Shown here piece after piece: positions 1 to 11,120 of a DNA stretch of 64,000 bases. Both the position numbers and the translations under genes were made by a program. This DNA is from Pirellulales bacterium (lineage in GTDB: Bacteria; Planctomycetota; Planctomycetia; Pirellulales; JAICIG01): the NCBI GenBank assembly GCA_040901675.1, contig JBBDYJ010000031.1:89220-153219 (forward strand), read 5' to 3'. The first letter of the stretch is position 1, and every line of letters begins with the position of its first letter. A model generated the notes under the pieces. It made no database searches and was not told the origin of the DNA. It saw only the letters and a list, made by a program, of their open reading frames with translations.

Positions 1-281
1 CGCTGGCGAAGGCCGCTCGCCTGTCCAACGAGCGGTCCAACGAATGGAGAACCATGGTCATCACGCTCGATGGAAACCTCGTGCGCGTCGACCTCGACGG
101 ACAGCCCGTCACCACCTTCGACCCCGACGGCAACGACGTTCCCAGCGACCGAAGCTGGTATGAGCCCAAGCGGGAACCGAAAAGGCCAACGTCCGGATAC
201 CTCGGCCTGCAGAATCACGATCCCGGCGACGTCGTCTATTTCAAGGAGGTCAGCGTCCGGCCGCTGCGCGACGCGCCGTGA
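1..281 (+). CDS. DUF1080 / 3-keto-disaccharide hydrolase family protein, 3' part (5' end outside the window)
   Basis: C-terminal motif WRTMVITLDG...SGYLGLQNHDPGDVVYFKEVSVRPL, typical of DUF1080. Confidence 0.8.
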   Translation, partial: LAKAARLSNERSNEWRTMVITLDGNLVRVDLDGQPVTTFDPDGNDVPSDRSWYEPKREPKRPTSGYLGLQNHDPGDVVYFKEVSVRPLRDAP

Positions 282-287
282 GGGCCG

Positions 288-757
288 TCACGCGCCCTCT
301 TCATCCATCCCTCGAGCCTGAGCGGCCGCCCCCAGATCGCCAATCCCCTCGTAGGCCACCGCCAGAATCAGCAACCGCTTAAACGTCCCGGCCGCCTCGG
401 CGGCCTGCCCCTGCTGCAACTGCGTCGTCCCCAACCGAAACAGCAGCTCCGCGTCGTCCGGGAATTTTTCCAACCCCTCCCGGCCCCGCCCGGCCCTCTC
501 CGTCTCCCCTTGTCGCCTTGTCGTGTCTGGCCTGCCTCGCCTCATCGCCCCCTCGCCTCATCGGTCTCCCTCCCTCCGGCGGAATCTCTTTTGTCCCACG
601 GGCCGTAGGCCGCACGTGCGTTGCCAGGTCCCCTTGTCGCCTTGTCGCCTTGTCCCCTGGTCGCATGTTTGCCCGGCGTGCACCACGAACGAGTCGGTGA
701 ACACGACCTGGCCGCCGGCGCGGTTGATGGCCGGCATGATCTGCTCGTGCACGCGGT
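288..757 (-). pseudogene. Fragments of a TPR-containing family 2 glycosyltransferase, interrupted by repeats
   Basis: HRVHEQIMPAINRAGGQVVFTDSFVVH (~670-757) matches the RVHEQ motif of GT2-TPR proteins; EGLEKFPDDAELLFRLG...AAEAAGTFKRLL (288-480) is TPR-like; the pieces are separated by CCTTGTCG/CCTCG repeats. Confidence 0.55.
503..660. repeat. Degenerate octamer repeats (CCTTGTCG-type)
   Basis: ccccttgtcgccttgtc at ~506-522 and ccccttgtcgccttgtcgccttgtcccc at ~630-657; the complementary form occurs at 47494-47527. Confidence 0.75.
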
Positions 758-1030
758 GACGTCCGATTGCCAAGCGGGTCGACACTCGCGACGCGATGGC
801 TATCGGAATTCCATACGGGCGTCCAAACCTTGCCGAGCGGGTTTTTCAAAGTCACCTGCTCGTAGATTGGTAGATTCAACGTGCCGCTGGACGTGCGGCT
901 CGAAGGCACCGAGGTCGAAAAGGGGTGCAAGATCCTTTCCGCCAGCGAGCTGGACATCATTTCTGCCCAGGACCTCACCCACGCCGCCCAAAAAGTTGTC
1001 TCCGCCGCCGCTTGATCCACAGTTGGTCGG
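758..1030 (-). pseudogene. RHS/YD-repeat protein remnant
   Basis: YEQVTLKNPLGKVWTPVWNSDSHRVASVDPLGNRTS contains two YD-type xxPLGxxT repeats; frames are broken upstream. Confidence 0.55.
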
Positions 1031-1088
1031 CAGCAATGAGCTGCGTCCCCTTTCCGCCCCAGCAATGAGCTGCGTCCCCTTTCCGCCC
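1031..1088. repeat. 29-bp perfect tandem duplication, REP-like
   Basis: CAGCAATGAGCTGCGTCCCCTTTCCGCCC at 1031-1059 and 1060-1088. Confidence 0.9.
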
Positions 1089-1314
1089 CTGCAGTCATAT
1101 CCCCCATTTCCAAAACATGTAGAGGCGCACGGCAATAAAGCTCAGACTCGCGCCAAGACCTATCACAATAGCCAAACACCAAAGGCATCCTGCGGACACC
1201 CTAAGTCGTCTAACAGACTTGTCCAGGTCCCTTGGCGGCTGCATAGTCCGGCATCCCTAAAGCAGGGTCATTCTCGTGGGCATCTTGAAATAGCGGCTTT
1301 GGCCGGCTATTAGC

Positions 1315-1572
1315 TTAGGAGCGCGCTGGGTTAGGGGTACGAGGCCAAACCAATATCTTGCCGGGAGGCGGCGCAGGTATTGTCGGATCGTCGTCCCTCT
1401 TGTCGCGGGTTGCCTGCGTGCCCTCGTTGAGTTCCGCTTCTTCGGAACCTTCGGGGCACTCAAGGCACGTGTACTCGGGACCATATATCCAGTAGCCGGG
1501 ATTCCACCATGAGCGAGTGTACGTGACTTCCACCTTCGGGACTGTCTGGGTGCATACGTAGGCCCTACAGTA
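1315..1572 (-). pseudogene. Possible orphan C-terminal toxin-tip fragment
   Basis: Lower-GC, Cys/Trp-rich reading frame without a convincing start (YCRAYVCTQTVPKVEVTYTRSWWNPGYWIYGPEYTCLECPEG...), in an RHS context. Confidence 0.25.
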
Positions 1573-1574
1573 GG

Positions 1575-1612
1575 GGAAAAACGGGACAGGTCTTGGGACA
1601 GGTCTAATTTCC
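1575..1612. repeat. REP-like GGGACAGGTCT duplicated motif
   Basis: GAAAAACGGGACAGGTCTTGGGACAGGTCTAATTTCC, with GGGACAGGTCT at 1583-1593 and 1595-1605. Confidence 0.75.
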
Positions 1613-1703
1613 GGCGGGCCCAGTCACGCGGCACTACCAGCGGCCAGTCCGACAACCAGCGCCGCGCGTCCGCGGCCCCCTTGACGCGACGCCAGGCCGG
1701 CAT
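1610..1703 (-). mobile_element. Remnant of REP-associated tyrosine transposase (RAYT, IS200/Y1 family) C-terminal region
   Basis: WRRVKGAADARRWLSDWPLVVPRDW resembles the WRR..G......LS.WP...P.DW tail of Planctomycete RAYTs and abuts the REP-like motif; no HUH motif is present. Confidence 0.45.
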
Positions 1704-2055
1704 GGTGGTCGTCCCAAGGGGATCGCGAGTCCCGGCCGGAGCATAGGCGGTCCAGGGCCAGCCGTCAAATAATCAAATAATCATGGGCGTCTTTGAATCC
1801 GTGTTGTTTCAGTATCACGCCGTACCATTCAACCGGCCCAGCCTGGACCAGTTCCGCACGCAGGTCGTCCGCAATTGGGAAACAATTCAAAATGCACTGG
1901 CCGGTACGTCGTGGTTTCCTCCAGGGGCGGACCTTCGGCCGCCCGGCGAGCTTGTCCTCCAGACGCGCCCCTGCAAGCACGCCCACCTGCCGCGCCGGAC
2001 AGGAGCCCCAAGACCTAAGCACCAAGACCCAAGAAGCAAAGCCTCGATCGTCCAG

Positions 2056-2667
2056 CTAGGTCCTGAGCTCCGACATCGGATCGAGGTGGGCGTGAAGGCC
2101 GTCGCCCACCTGGTTCACGCTGACCGTGTGCCAGAAAAGGCGCTCCAGCTCCGCCGCCGGCAGGTGCATCCGGTACACCAAGGCCCAAGCGACCGCGGAC
2201 ACCCCCTCCCAACACCCCGGCTGGGTCAGGGCGGCCTCCGTCCGGGCCAACAGCCGATCGAGGTATGCCATCCGCCGATGACTTCGACCCGGCAGACACG
2301 ACATCAACGCCCGCGCTTCGCCGAACATCCGCGCGCGATCCACCTCGGCCGCAATCGCGCCGGCCACCTGGGGCGGCTGCCTGAACTCGGCTTGACCGGC
2401 CTGTGCCGGCGGGCGCGGCGATGGTTGAATGTCGAGCGAACGAATCTCAGCCAGCAGCCCGGCGAGCCCGATCATGATGTCGGCTTCGAACTGGACCTGG
2501 CCGGGCTTGCAGACGTCGGGCGACCGCCGCCGCCACCCGTCGCCCGGCCCCGTGCGATTGAACATCAGCGACACCGGGCCGGCCGGCCGGCCGAGGATCA
2601 AGGCCATGCAGGCATGGCCCGCCTCATGAAATGCGTGGGCGAGTTTGACGCGACAGGTATAGCCCAT
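2056..2667 (-). CDS. Small M41-like (FtsH protease domain-like) zinc metallopeptidase
   Basis: AFHEAGHACMA (HExxH) followed by IGLAGLLAE. Confidence 0.65.
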   Translation of the reverse strand: MGYTCRVKLAHAFHEAGHACMALILGRPAGPVSLMFNRTGPGDGWRRRSPDVCKPGQVQFEADIMIGLAGLLAEIRSLDIQPSPRPPAQAGQAEFRQPPQVAGAIAAEVDRARMFGEARALMSCLPGRSHRRMAYLDRLLARTEAALTQPGCWEGVSAVAWALVYRMHLPAAELERLFWHTVSVNQVGDGLHAHLDPMSELRT

Positions 2668-2979
2668 GGAAACTGCTCGCCGGAGATAGTCCGGGTCTAT
2701 TAAAACCCTAGCTCACCTGGCCGGCTGGGAAGGGCCTCGGGGCTGCCTGGGCGTCGAATCCCCAAGGCGCTCCATCAGTTGGAATCACGGCACGGATTAA
2801 TCTGCTGGGGCAGGTCGTATGGGGCAGGTCGTAACGCCGGTGCCCCGTCGCCAAGGGGGTCGCGACTGCCACACCCGGCTGGGCCACTGCGGCGCCAGCG
2901 GATATAGTGAAGGACAGCCCACGGCCCGTGGGCGAGCTTGCACCAGCCCTCCGCCATCCCGCCCGTTGGCCAGCCAAGA

Positions 2980-5850
2980 ATGAACGAACCTTCGAGCATT
3001 CGCGCGAGCATGTTGGCGGCCTCGGTGTTGGCGGCGGCCGCGTGCCTCGTCGCAGCAGCTAGCCGGGTATCAGGCGGCGAAGACGGCCGGCAGCGCAACG
3101 ACATCCAGGCCGATGGTCCGGGCGAGGAGTTCTTCGAACGGCGCATACGGCCGGTGCTGGCCGAGCATTGTTGCGCCTGCCACGGTGAAAAGAAGCAGGA
3201 GTCCGGCCTGCGGCTCGACCAACCGCAAGCAGCACTCGAAGGAGGCGAGAATGGGCCGGTGATCGCCGCCGGCGATCCCGAGGCCAGCCGGCTCGTGCAA
3301 GCGATCCGCTATCTGGACGACACGCTGCAGATGCCTCCCGACGGCCGGCTGAGCGACGAGGCGATCCGCGATCTCGAGGAGTGGATCCGCCAAGGCGCTC
3401 CTTGGCCGCAAGGGGCCGGTGTTCGGGCAGAGACGGGCACTGATGCCTGGCGATCGCATTGGGCCTTCCAGCCAATCGGCGATCCGGAGCCGCCGGCGGT
3501 GAAAGACACAGCCTGGCCGCGAACGCCGATCGACCAGTTTATCCTGGCCCGCTTGGAGGCGGCCGGCCTGGCCCCGTCGCCTGCCGCCGACCGGCGAACT
3601 CTCTTGCGGCGGCTAACATTCGGCCTGACCGGTCTAGCGCCCACGCCGCAGGAGATCGACGATTTCGTCAACGATCCGTCCGACGAGGCACTGTCCCGCG
3701 CCATCGACCGCCTGCTCGCGTCGCCGGCCTACGGCCAGCGCTGGGGCCGGCATTGGCTCGACGTGGCCCGCTACGCCGACAACAAGGGGTACAAGTTCTT
3801 CGGCTCGGACGAATTTCATGGCTACACGTTCCGGGACTGGGTGATCCAGGCCTTCAACGACGACTTGCCGTACGACGAGTTCATCCTCCAGCAGTTGGCG
3901 GCCGATCGCCTGCTGGCCGAACGCGGCATTGCCGACGACACGCGCTCATTGGCGGCCATGGGCTATCTGACCGTGGGCCGCCGCTTCCTGGAAGACCTGC
4001 ACGACATCATCGACGATCGCATCGACGTCGTGACGCGGGGCATCTTGGGTTTGACCGTGACCTGCGCCCGCTGCCATGACCACAAGTACGATCCGATCCC
4101 GACTGCCGACTACTACTCGCTGTACGGCGTGTTTGCCGGCTCGATGGAAAAGACGCGTACGCTGTATTCTGCCGCCAGCCAGACCGAGGCCGAGCGCGAG
4201 CACGAATGCCAGCTTGCAGCCCGCGAAGCGGAGCTGGACCAGTACTTCGAGAAGCGGCACGCCGAGCTGTTGGCCGCCTTCCGCTCGCAAGTGGCCCAGT
4301 ACCTGCTCGAGGGACACAAGGCCCAAAGCCTGCCGCCGACCGATCGCTTCATGTTCGTCGAGGAGCCGGACAAGCTGAGCCAGTTGGTGATCGGCAACTG
4401 GCGGGCCTTCCTCGATCGCACCGAGCGCGGGCACGATCCGGTGTTCGCCGCCTGGCACGCCTTTGCCGACTTGCCGCCATCCGACTTTGCCGCCAAGGCG
4501 CCGGCCATCGCGGAAGCCATCCGTGCCAACGCCGATCCCGCGCGGCCGATCAATGCCCGGGTGGCGAGCCTCTTCGAAGGCGCCGCTCCGGCGAGCCTGG
4601 AAGAAGTGGCTGACCGCTACGGCCAGTTGCTGGCCGGCGTCGAGCGGCAGTGGAAGGAGACGCTTAGCGAGGCGGCCGCTGCCGGCGGCGAGCCGCCCGC
4701 GCGATTCGAAGACGACGCGCTCGAGCCGCTGCGGCGCGTGTTGTATGGCCCGCTCTCGCCGGTCGATGTGCCGATCACCGACGTGGAGTTCTTGGTTGGG
4801 CGGCCCGGCCAGGCCCAAATCAACGAGCTGCGCAAGAAGATCGCCGACTTCGTGGCCTCATCGTCATTGCGGCCGCCGCGGGCGATGATCCTGGATGAAG
4901 CTCCGGCCCTGTGTCTCCACCAGCCGCGGGTCTTCCAGCGCGGCAAGCCGAGCAATCTTGGTCCGCAAGTGCCACGGCAGTTCCTTGCCGTGCTGTCCGG
5001 CGAGGGGCGAAAGCCGTTCAGCCAAGGCAGCGGCCGGCTGGAGCTGGCTCGCGCGATTGTCGACCGGCGCAACCCCCTGACGGCACGGGTGATGGTGAAC
5101 CGCGTCTGGCTGGCACATTTCGGCTCGGCGCTGGTGCCGACGCCCAGCGATTTCGGCCTGCGCAGCGAGCCGCCAAGCCATCCCGAATTGCTCGACTGGC
5201 TGGCCACGCGTTTCATGGAGCAAGGCTGGTCGATCAAACAATTACACCGCTTGATCGTGCTCTCCAGCGTCTACCAGCAGCGCAGCGACGATCGCACCGA
5301 AGCCAGCCGCATCGATCCCGGCAACCGGCTGCTGTGGAGGATGAATCGCCGCCGCCTGGATTTCGAATCGCTCCGCGACGCGCTGTTGGCCGTGGCCGGG
5401 CAGCTCGATGCCGGTGCCGGCGGCCCGCCCGTCGACATCGTCAATCCGCCCTACAGCAAGCGGCGGACCGTCTACGGCTACGTCGATCGCACGAACTTGC
5501 CCGGGCTGTTCCGGACATTCGACTTCGCCATCCCCGACACCCACAGCCCGCAGCGGTACACGACGACCGTCCCTCAGCAGGCGTTGTTCCTGATGAACAA
5601 CCCGTTCGTGATCGAGCAGGCCCGGCACCTGGCCGCCCGGGGCGAAATCGCCGGCGAGGCCAACCCGCGGCGGCGGATCGAACGCCTGTATGCGATTTGC
5701 TTCGGCCGGCCGCCCGATCCGGACGAGATCGAGCTGGGCCTCGGCTACATCCATTCGGGCAGCGAGAGAAGGGCTGACCCGGAGCTCACGCCGTGGGAAA
5801 GATACTGCCACGCCCTGTTGTTGATGAACGAATTCGTGATGCTCGACTGA
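2980..5850 (+). CDS. Planctomycete cytochrome c / DUF1549 / DUF1553 protein
   Basis: Signal peptide; FFERRIRPVL..CCACH; WGRHWLDVARYAD; CARCHDHKYDP; PSHPELLDWLA; C-terminal NEFVMLD. Confidence 0.92.
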   Translation: MNEPSSIRASMLAASVLAAAACLVAAASRVSGGEDGRQRNDIQADGPGEEFFERRIRPVLAEHCCACHGEKKQESGLRLDQPQAALEGGENGPVIAAGDPEASRLVQAIRYLDDTLQMPPDGRLSDEAIRDLEEWIRQGAPWPQGAGVRAETGTDAWRSHWAFQPIGDPEPPAVKDTAWPRTPIDQFILARLEAAGLAPSPAADRRTLLRRLTFGLTGLAPTPQEIDDFVNDPSDEALSRAIDRLLASPAYGQRWGRHWLDVARYADNKGYKFFGSDEFHGYTFRDWVIQAFNDDLPYDEFILQQLAADRLLAERGIADDTRSLAAMGYLTVGRRFLEDLHDIIDDRIDVVTRGILGLTVTCARCHDHKYDPIPTADYYSLYGVFAGSMEKTRTLYSAASQTEAEREHECQLAAREAELDQYFEKRHAELLAAFRSQVAQYLLEGHKAQSLPPTDRFMFVEEPDKLSQLVIGNWRAFLDRTERGHDPVFAAWHAFADLPPSDFAAKAPAIAEAIRANADPARPINARVASLFEGAAPASLEEVADRYGQLLAGVERQWKETLSEAAAAGGEPPARFEDDALEPLRRVLYGPLSPVDVPITDVEFLVGRPGQAQINELRKKIADFVASSSLRPPRAMILDEAPALCLHQPRVFQRGKPSNLGPQVPRQFLAVLSGEGRKPFSQGSGRLELARAIVDRRNPLTARVMVNRVWLAHFGSALVPTPSDFGLRSEPPSHPELLDWLATRFMEQGWSIKQLHRLIVLSSVYQQRSDDRTEASRIDPGNRLLWRMNRRRLDFESLRDALLAVAGQLDAGAGGPPVDIVNPPYSKRRTVYGYVDRTNLPGLFRTFDFAIPDTHSPQRYTTTVPQQALFLMNNPFVIEQARHLAARGEIAGEANPRRRIERLYAICFGRPPDPDEIELGLGYIHSGSERRADPELTPWERYCHALLLMNEFVMLD

Positions 5851-5866
5851 CGAGCAGGAAAAGTCC

Positions 5867-7297
<1,431 letters not shown>

Positions 7298-7404
7298 AGG
7301 TCGTTCCTGGTGGCGGGATCGGCAAGACTCACGACCCACCCGGTGCCAGCTTCACTGATGTAGCGTTTGACGATCGCACTGGTGTCGAGAAAGAATGACG
7401 CCAC

Positions 7405-7677
7405 CTAGCGCCGCTCCTCAATGACGGTTTCCGAAAGCGGCTTCCCCTCGATCTTGAAAGGTTGTCGGTTCCTGTACGGCTCGAAGTCCGTTATTGGCGG
7501 CTTCACTTCCTTGAGCAGGCCAGATTGAATCAGGCGCCGATGGAGCTCTTCCTTGGGCGATCGCTGCCCAAACGAGGGAGAGGACAGTTCCTCCTCGAGT
7601 ACCGTCCGGATGCGCTGTTGGTCCTCGGGAGGGAGCCCACGCACCTCTTCAATCAGTTTGTCGATGTCGGTAGCCAT
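7405..7677 (-). CDS. VapB-like antitoxin
   Basis: 90 aa ending GKPLSETVIEERR, immediately upstream of the PIN gene. Confidence 0.75.
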   Translation of the reverse strand: MATDIDKLIEEVRGLPPEDQQRIRTVLEEELSSPSFGQRSPKEELHRRLIQSGLLKEVKPPITDFEPYRNRQPFKIEGKPLSETVIEERR

Positions 7678-7858
7678 GCCGCGCCCTTCCGATCGCAACC
7701 TTTCATCTCATCTTTTCAATTCTACGGTCAAAAGCCGGAAAGAGCCAACACGATAGGGCTGACAGCCGTCAGAACGTGATCTTTGCGTTGGGCAGGGCCT
7801 GCTGAACCTGCAGGGCGCGGGCGGCGGTGACACGGGACTGCTTGAGTTGATGCTGGGC

Positions 7859-9370
7859 TTATGGAACCGGCAGGACCACGAAGACGCCGAACTCGGGCTC
7901 GGTGACGGGCAGCGGATAGTCGGGCATGCCAACGGGTTGAACCGGCGGGGTCGGCCTCATCGGCAACGGCACGGGACGACCTTCGTACGTGCCCTCCAGG
8001 ACCGGCGGCCCAAAAAAATCTTGAGCGCTGACGATTCGGTATCGCATCCCGTCGGAGAGCACCTGACCCAAATCCAGGTCGACCGTCTCAGCCTTTTCCC
8101 AATTGTAAACCACCACGTGGGCGCGGCCGGGTTCGTACCGGTTGGGGCGGACGAACACCCGGTTGTCGGGCCGCCCGTCCTGTACCAGATGGCTCCGGTG
8201 GTCCAGGCCGGTGCCTTGCCTCCAGGCATTCAGGTCGAAGTCCTTGGTCGCTTCGCCTTCGAGAACGGAAAAGGCGGGATACTGATTGCCGCTTCGGAAG
8301 TACGTATTGGCATCCCACTGGTATGCGGACGTCTTGAATTGCCGCGGATTTTCGAAGCGGACCAGAGTATTCTGCCCGACGATCGTGTTGCCTTGCAACG
8401 TGAGCTGCTCGAAGTCGCGGACGTACAGGCCGCCCGCGATGTAATTGTCCTCGACCGTCGCGTCGGCGTTCGACCCACCCCAGTAATAGCCCAGTTGCAA
8501 CGAGCCGCCATAGGTGGCGTTGTCCTTGATCGTCACGCGTTCGACGCGGGTGCCTCCGCCGACCATGATGCCGGGGCTGCGGTCGTCGAGATTGGCCAGG
8601 CAGCCGTTGTTGAAGCAGGCGTTGCCTTCGATCAAGAAGCCGCTCAGGAAGGCCTTTTCGGAGCCATAGCAATGGATGCCGTAGCCGAACTGGTTGAACA
8701 TGACGTTATCGATCAGCCGCTTCGTCCCGTGCCGGTTCTGTGCGTAAATGGCATGGCCGTGTCCCCGGTCGGGTCCTTTCCAGCCATTGTGGTAGATCAG
8801 GCAGCCGTAGACTTCGCCTCCGATGCCTGCGGACCAGAAACCAAAACCTCCGGCCGTGTCGTGCACGATCAGGTTGATGAACTTGACGTGCGAAGCGCGG
8901 CTGAACAAACCGCCGCGGCGGATGTCGTCCGGCCACGAGCCGCTGAGCTTGGTTTCGCGGCGAGGGTCCGAGCAGGTGACTTCAAAGCCCCAGAAGACCG
9001 AGTGGTCGCCGTCGACGTTGAACAAGCCGTCGTCGCGCTCGTCGCGCGGCCGCGTGTCAATAATTGCCCGCTCGCCGGTTGCTTGCCGCACCGTGACCGG
9101 CGACTCCTGGGTGCCTTCGAGCTTGCTGGCGAATCCGCCTCGATACGTGCCTCCGTGCAGCCAGACCGTGTCACCCGGCCCGATGCGCGCCTTGCCGGCC
9201 GGGTCGACGGCGCCGGACAGCGCCGTCTCGAGGTCCCATGGCGCATCGGGGCTGCCGTCGCCGGCCGAGCTGCCGCCCGGCGATACGTGGTACTCGGCCC
9301 CGCGGGCCGCGGTGCCCAAGAGCAGCACCCCAAGCGCCCATCCCAACTGCAGACAGGCAATCATGCGCAT
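7859..9370 (-). CDS. Secreted right-handed parallel beta-helix protein
   Basis: Signal peptide; YHVSPGG..GDGS..APW; PGDTVWLHGGTY; repeated N/G-rich beta strands. Confidence 0.8.
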   Translation of the reverse strand: MRMIACLQLGWALGVLLLGTAARGAEYHVSPGGSSAGDGSPDAPWDLETALSGAVDPAGKARIGPGDTVWLHGGTYRGGFASKLEGTQESPVTVRQATGERAIIDTRPRDERDDGLFNVDGDHSVFWGFEVTCSDPRRETKLSGSWPDDIRRGGLFSRASHVKFINLIVHDTAGGFGFWSAGIGGEVYGCLIYHNGWKGPDRGHGHAIYAQNRHGTKRLIDNVMFNQFGYGIHCYGSEKAFLSGFLIEGNACFNNGCLANLDDRSPGIMVGGGTRVERVTIKDNATYGGSLQLGYYWGGSNADATVEDNYIAGGLYVRDFEQLTLQGNTIVGQNTLVRFENPRQFKTSAYQWDANTYFRSGNQYPAFSVLEGEATKDFDLNAWRQGTGLDHRSHLVQDGRPDNRVFVRPNRYEPGRAHVVVYNWEKAETVDLDLGQVLSDGMRYRIVSAQDFFGPPVLEGTYEGRPVPLPMRPTPPVQPVGMPDYPLPVTEPEFGVFVVLPVP

Positions 9371-9600
9371 GCGAGGCTCCTCTCGTGGAATTGAGCCTTG
9401 GCCACACCAGATCTATCAGGCTGCGTGCCCCTCTGCCAGGTTCCTGCTGGCGATGCCGGCCAGCCCACGAATTCGCGGCGCGTCCGGTTGGCGGGGCGGC
9501 GCCGATTGTGCGCTTGCAGGGTGGCAGTCATGGACGAGCCCTCCGACCGTTTGGAAGGCACGCCAAGCATAACCGTTCCTTTATGCGTTCACAAGGCGGC

Positions 9601-9618
9601 CTAGGCCGGACCGCCGCG
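9601..9618. repeat. 18-bp direct repeat, left copy
   Basis: CTAGGCCGGACCGCCGCG, identical to 11121-11138. Confidence 0.85.
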
Positions 9619-9768
9619 CGCGACGGGAACGGCGGCGGGAGTCATCGACGAAAAGTGCCGCGGCGCGGGCCTTTTTCGCGAACTACACTTTTGGGGGGAA
9701 GTGGGCGCGCTCGCATCTGCCTTTCTGCGGTCCGGCCCCTGTTGCCGCTCGAACGAGGTTTCCTGGAC

Positions 9769-10719
9769 GTGGCCAAAGCCCGAACGCTGCTGCCCGTGGC
9801 GGTCGACACGCTGTTTGCGCCGGCAACGTTCGATTTTGACCTCTATATTCGACCCGACCCCAGTGGCCCGGCGCTGTTATACCGGGAGCACAGTTTCCCT
9901 TTCGAACGCGGCGACGTCGATCGGCTGATGAGGCGCGGCGTGACCACGCTGTACATTCCCGACACCGGGGCCGCCAGCTACCAGCGTTACGTGCACCAGG
10001 AGATCCTGAGCAACACCTCGCTGCCGCCCGGACAACGGTTCGAGGCGTTGACCGCCGCCGGGCGAATGACGTTTTACGAGGCGTTTGCGGACGGGCAGGT
10101 GGACCGCATGATCGCCTTTGCCGAGGATCTGGCCGGCCGGGTGGTCGACATCCTCTGCCAGCGCGAGATGGTGCTCTTCGATCTGTTCCGGGTGATGAGG
10201 CACGACCATCACACGTACACCCACGTGACCAACGTCTGCGGATACTGCCTGGCGCTGGCCGAACGGGCGGGAGTGAGCGATCGGAACGAACTGGCGTCGA
10301 TCGGCGCCGGCGCCCTGTTGCACGACATTGGCAAGCGGCACGTGCCCAGGTCGCTGTTGAACAAGCCGGGGCGGCTGACGGATCCCGAACGCGAAGTCAT
10401 CCAGCGGCATCCCTCGGTGGGCTTCGAAGAGTTGTCGCCGCGGCAGGATCTTTCCTGGGGTCAGTTGATGATGGTCTATCAGCACCACGAGCGTCTGAAC
10501 GGGCGCGGCTACCCGGTCCGCTTGCAGGCCGATGAGATCCATCCCTGGGCCAAATTGTGCGCCGTGGTCGACGTGTTCGACGCGTTGACCTGCCAGCGGC
10601 CGTATCGGCGGCCTTGGCCGGTGAAGGAAGCGATGGCGTATCTTCATGAGCGGGCGGGAAGCGAATTCGATAAGGAAATGGTGCAATGCTGGATGGCAGC
10701 GATGAACAGCGCTCGGTAG
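9769..10719 (+). CDS. HD-GYP domain cyclic-di-nucleotide phosphodiesterase
   Basis: YTHVTNV; LLHDIGK; HHERLNGRGYP; DVFDALT..RPYR; GTG start downstream of GAGG. Confidence 0.9.
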   Translation: MAKARTLLPVAVDTLFAPATFDFDLYIRPDPSGPALLYREHSFPFERGDVDRLMRRGVTTLYIPDTGAASYQRYVHQEILSNTSLPPGQRFEALTAAGRMTFYEAFADGQVDRMIAFAEDLAGRVVDILCQREMVLFDLFRVMRHDHHTYTHVTNVCGYCLALAERAGVSDRNELASIGAGALLHDIGKRHVPRSLLNKPGRLTDPEREVIQRHPSVGFEELSPRQDLSWGQLMMVYQHHERLNGRGYPVRLQADEIHPWAKLCAVVDVFDALTCQRPYRRPWPVKEAMAYLHERAGSEFDKEMVQCWMAAMNSAR

Positions 10720-11117
10720 CCGATGCACTGGCCCTGCTGCCATGCGATATCGAGCTGCCCGCCAAATGGAACGACTTTTTCAAGCGGACCGGGATGTTGC
10801 CCTGCATGCGGGGCGACCGGCGGCGATTTACCCGCTCCTTTCATCGGGCCCAGGCCGCTCTGGAGTACCGGCAAACCTTGCCGCACCTGGCCCGGCCGGC
10901 CATCTGGTATTGCGTGTACACCACGGACATCACGAGAAAGTCGATCGGCTTCCTGCACAGCGAGCAGCTTTTCCCCGGCGAGCGGATGCGGATGATGCTG
11001 ATCGACGGCAGCGAGCGGATTGTGCACGTCGTGCGATGCCGCCGGATCCGCAACCGCTGCTACGACACCGGGGCGCGGTTCATCGACGGCTTTGATGCAC
11101 CCTTGTTACAGGATTGA
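10686..11117 (+). CDS. PilZ-like domain protein
   Basis: RRRFTR (RxxxR) and a degenerate DITRKSIGF motif; VVRCRR...GARF C-terminus. Confidence 0.65.
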   Translation: MLDGSDEQRSVADALALLPCDIELPAKWNDFFKRTGMLPCMRGDRRRFTRSFHRAQAALEYRQTLPHLARPAIWYCVYTTDITRKSIGFLHSEQLFPGERMRMMLIDGSERIVHVVRCRRIRNRCYDTGARFIDGFDAPLLQD

Positions 11118-11120
11118 CGG

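Noticed and set aside
1765..2025. Short ORF as a toxin or immunity gene
   Set aside because: No recognisable motif, and its start lies within a heptamer repeat tract
9400..9760. c-di-GMP riboswitch upstream of the HD-GYP gene
   Set aside because: I could not find the GEMM-I or class II consensus elements by eye
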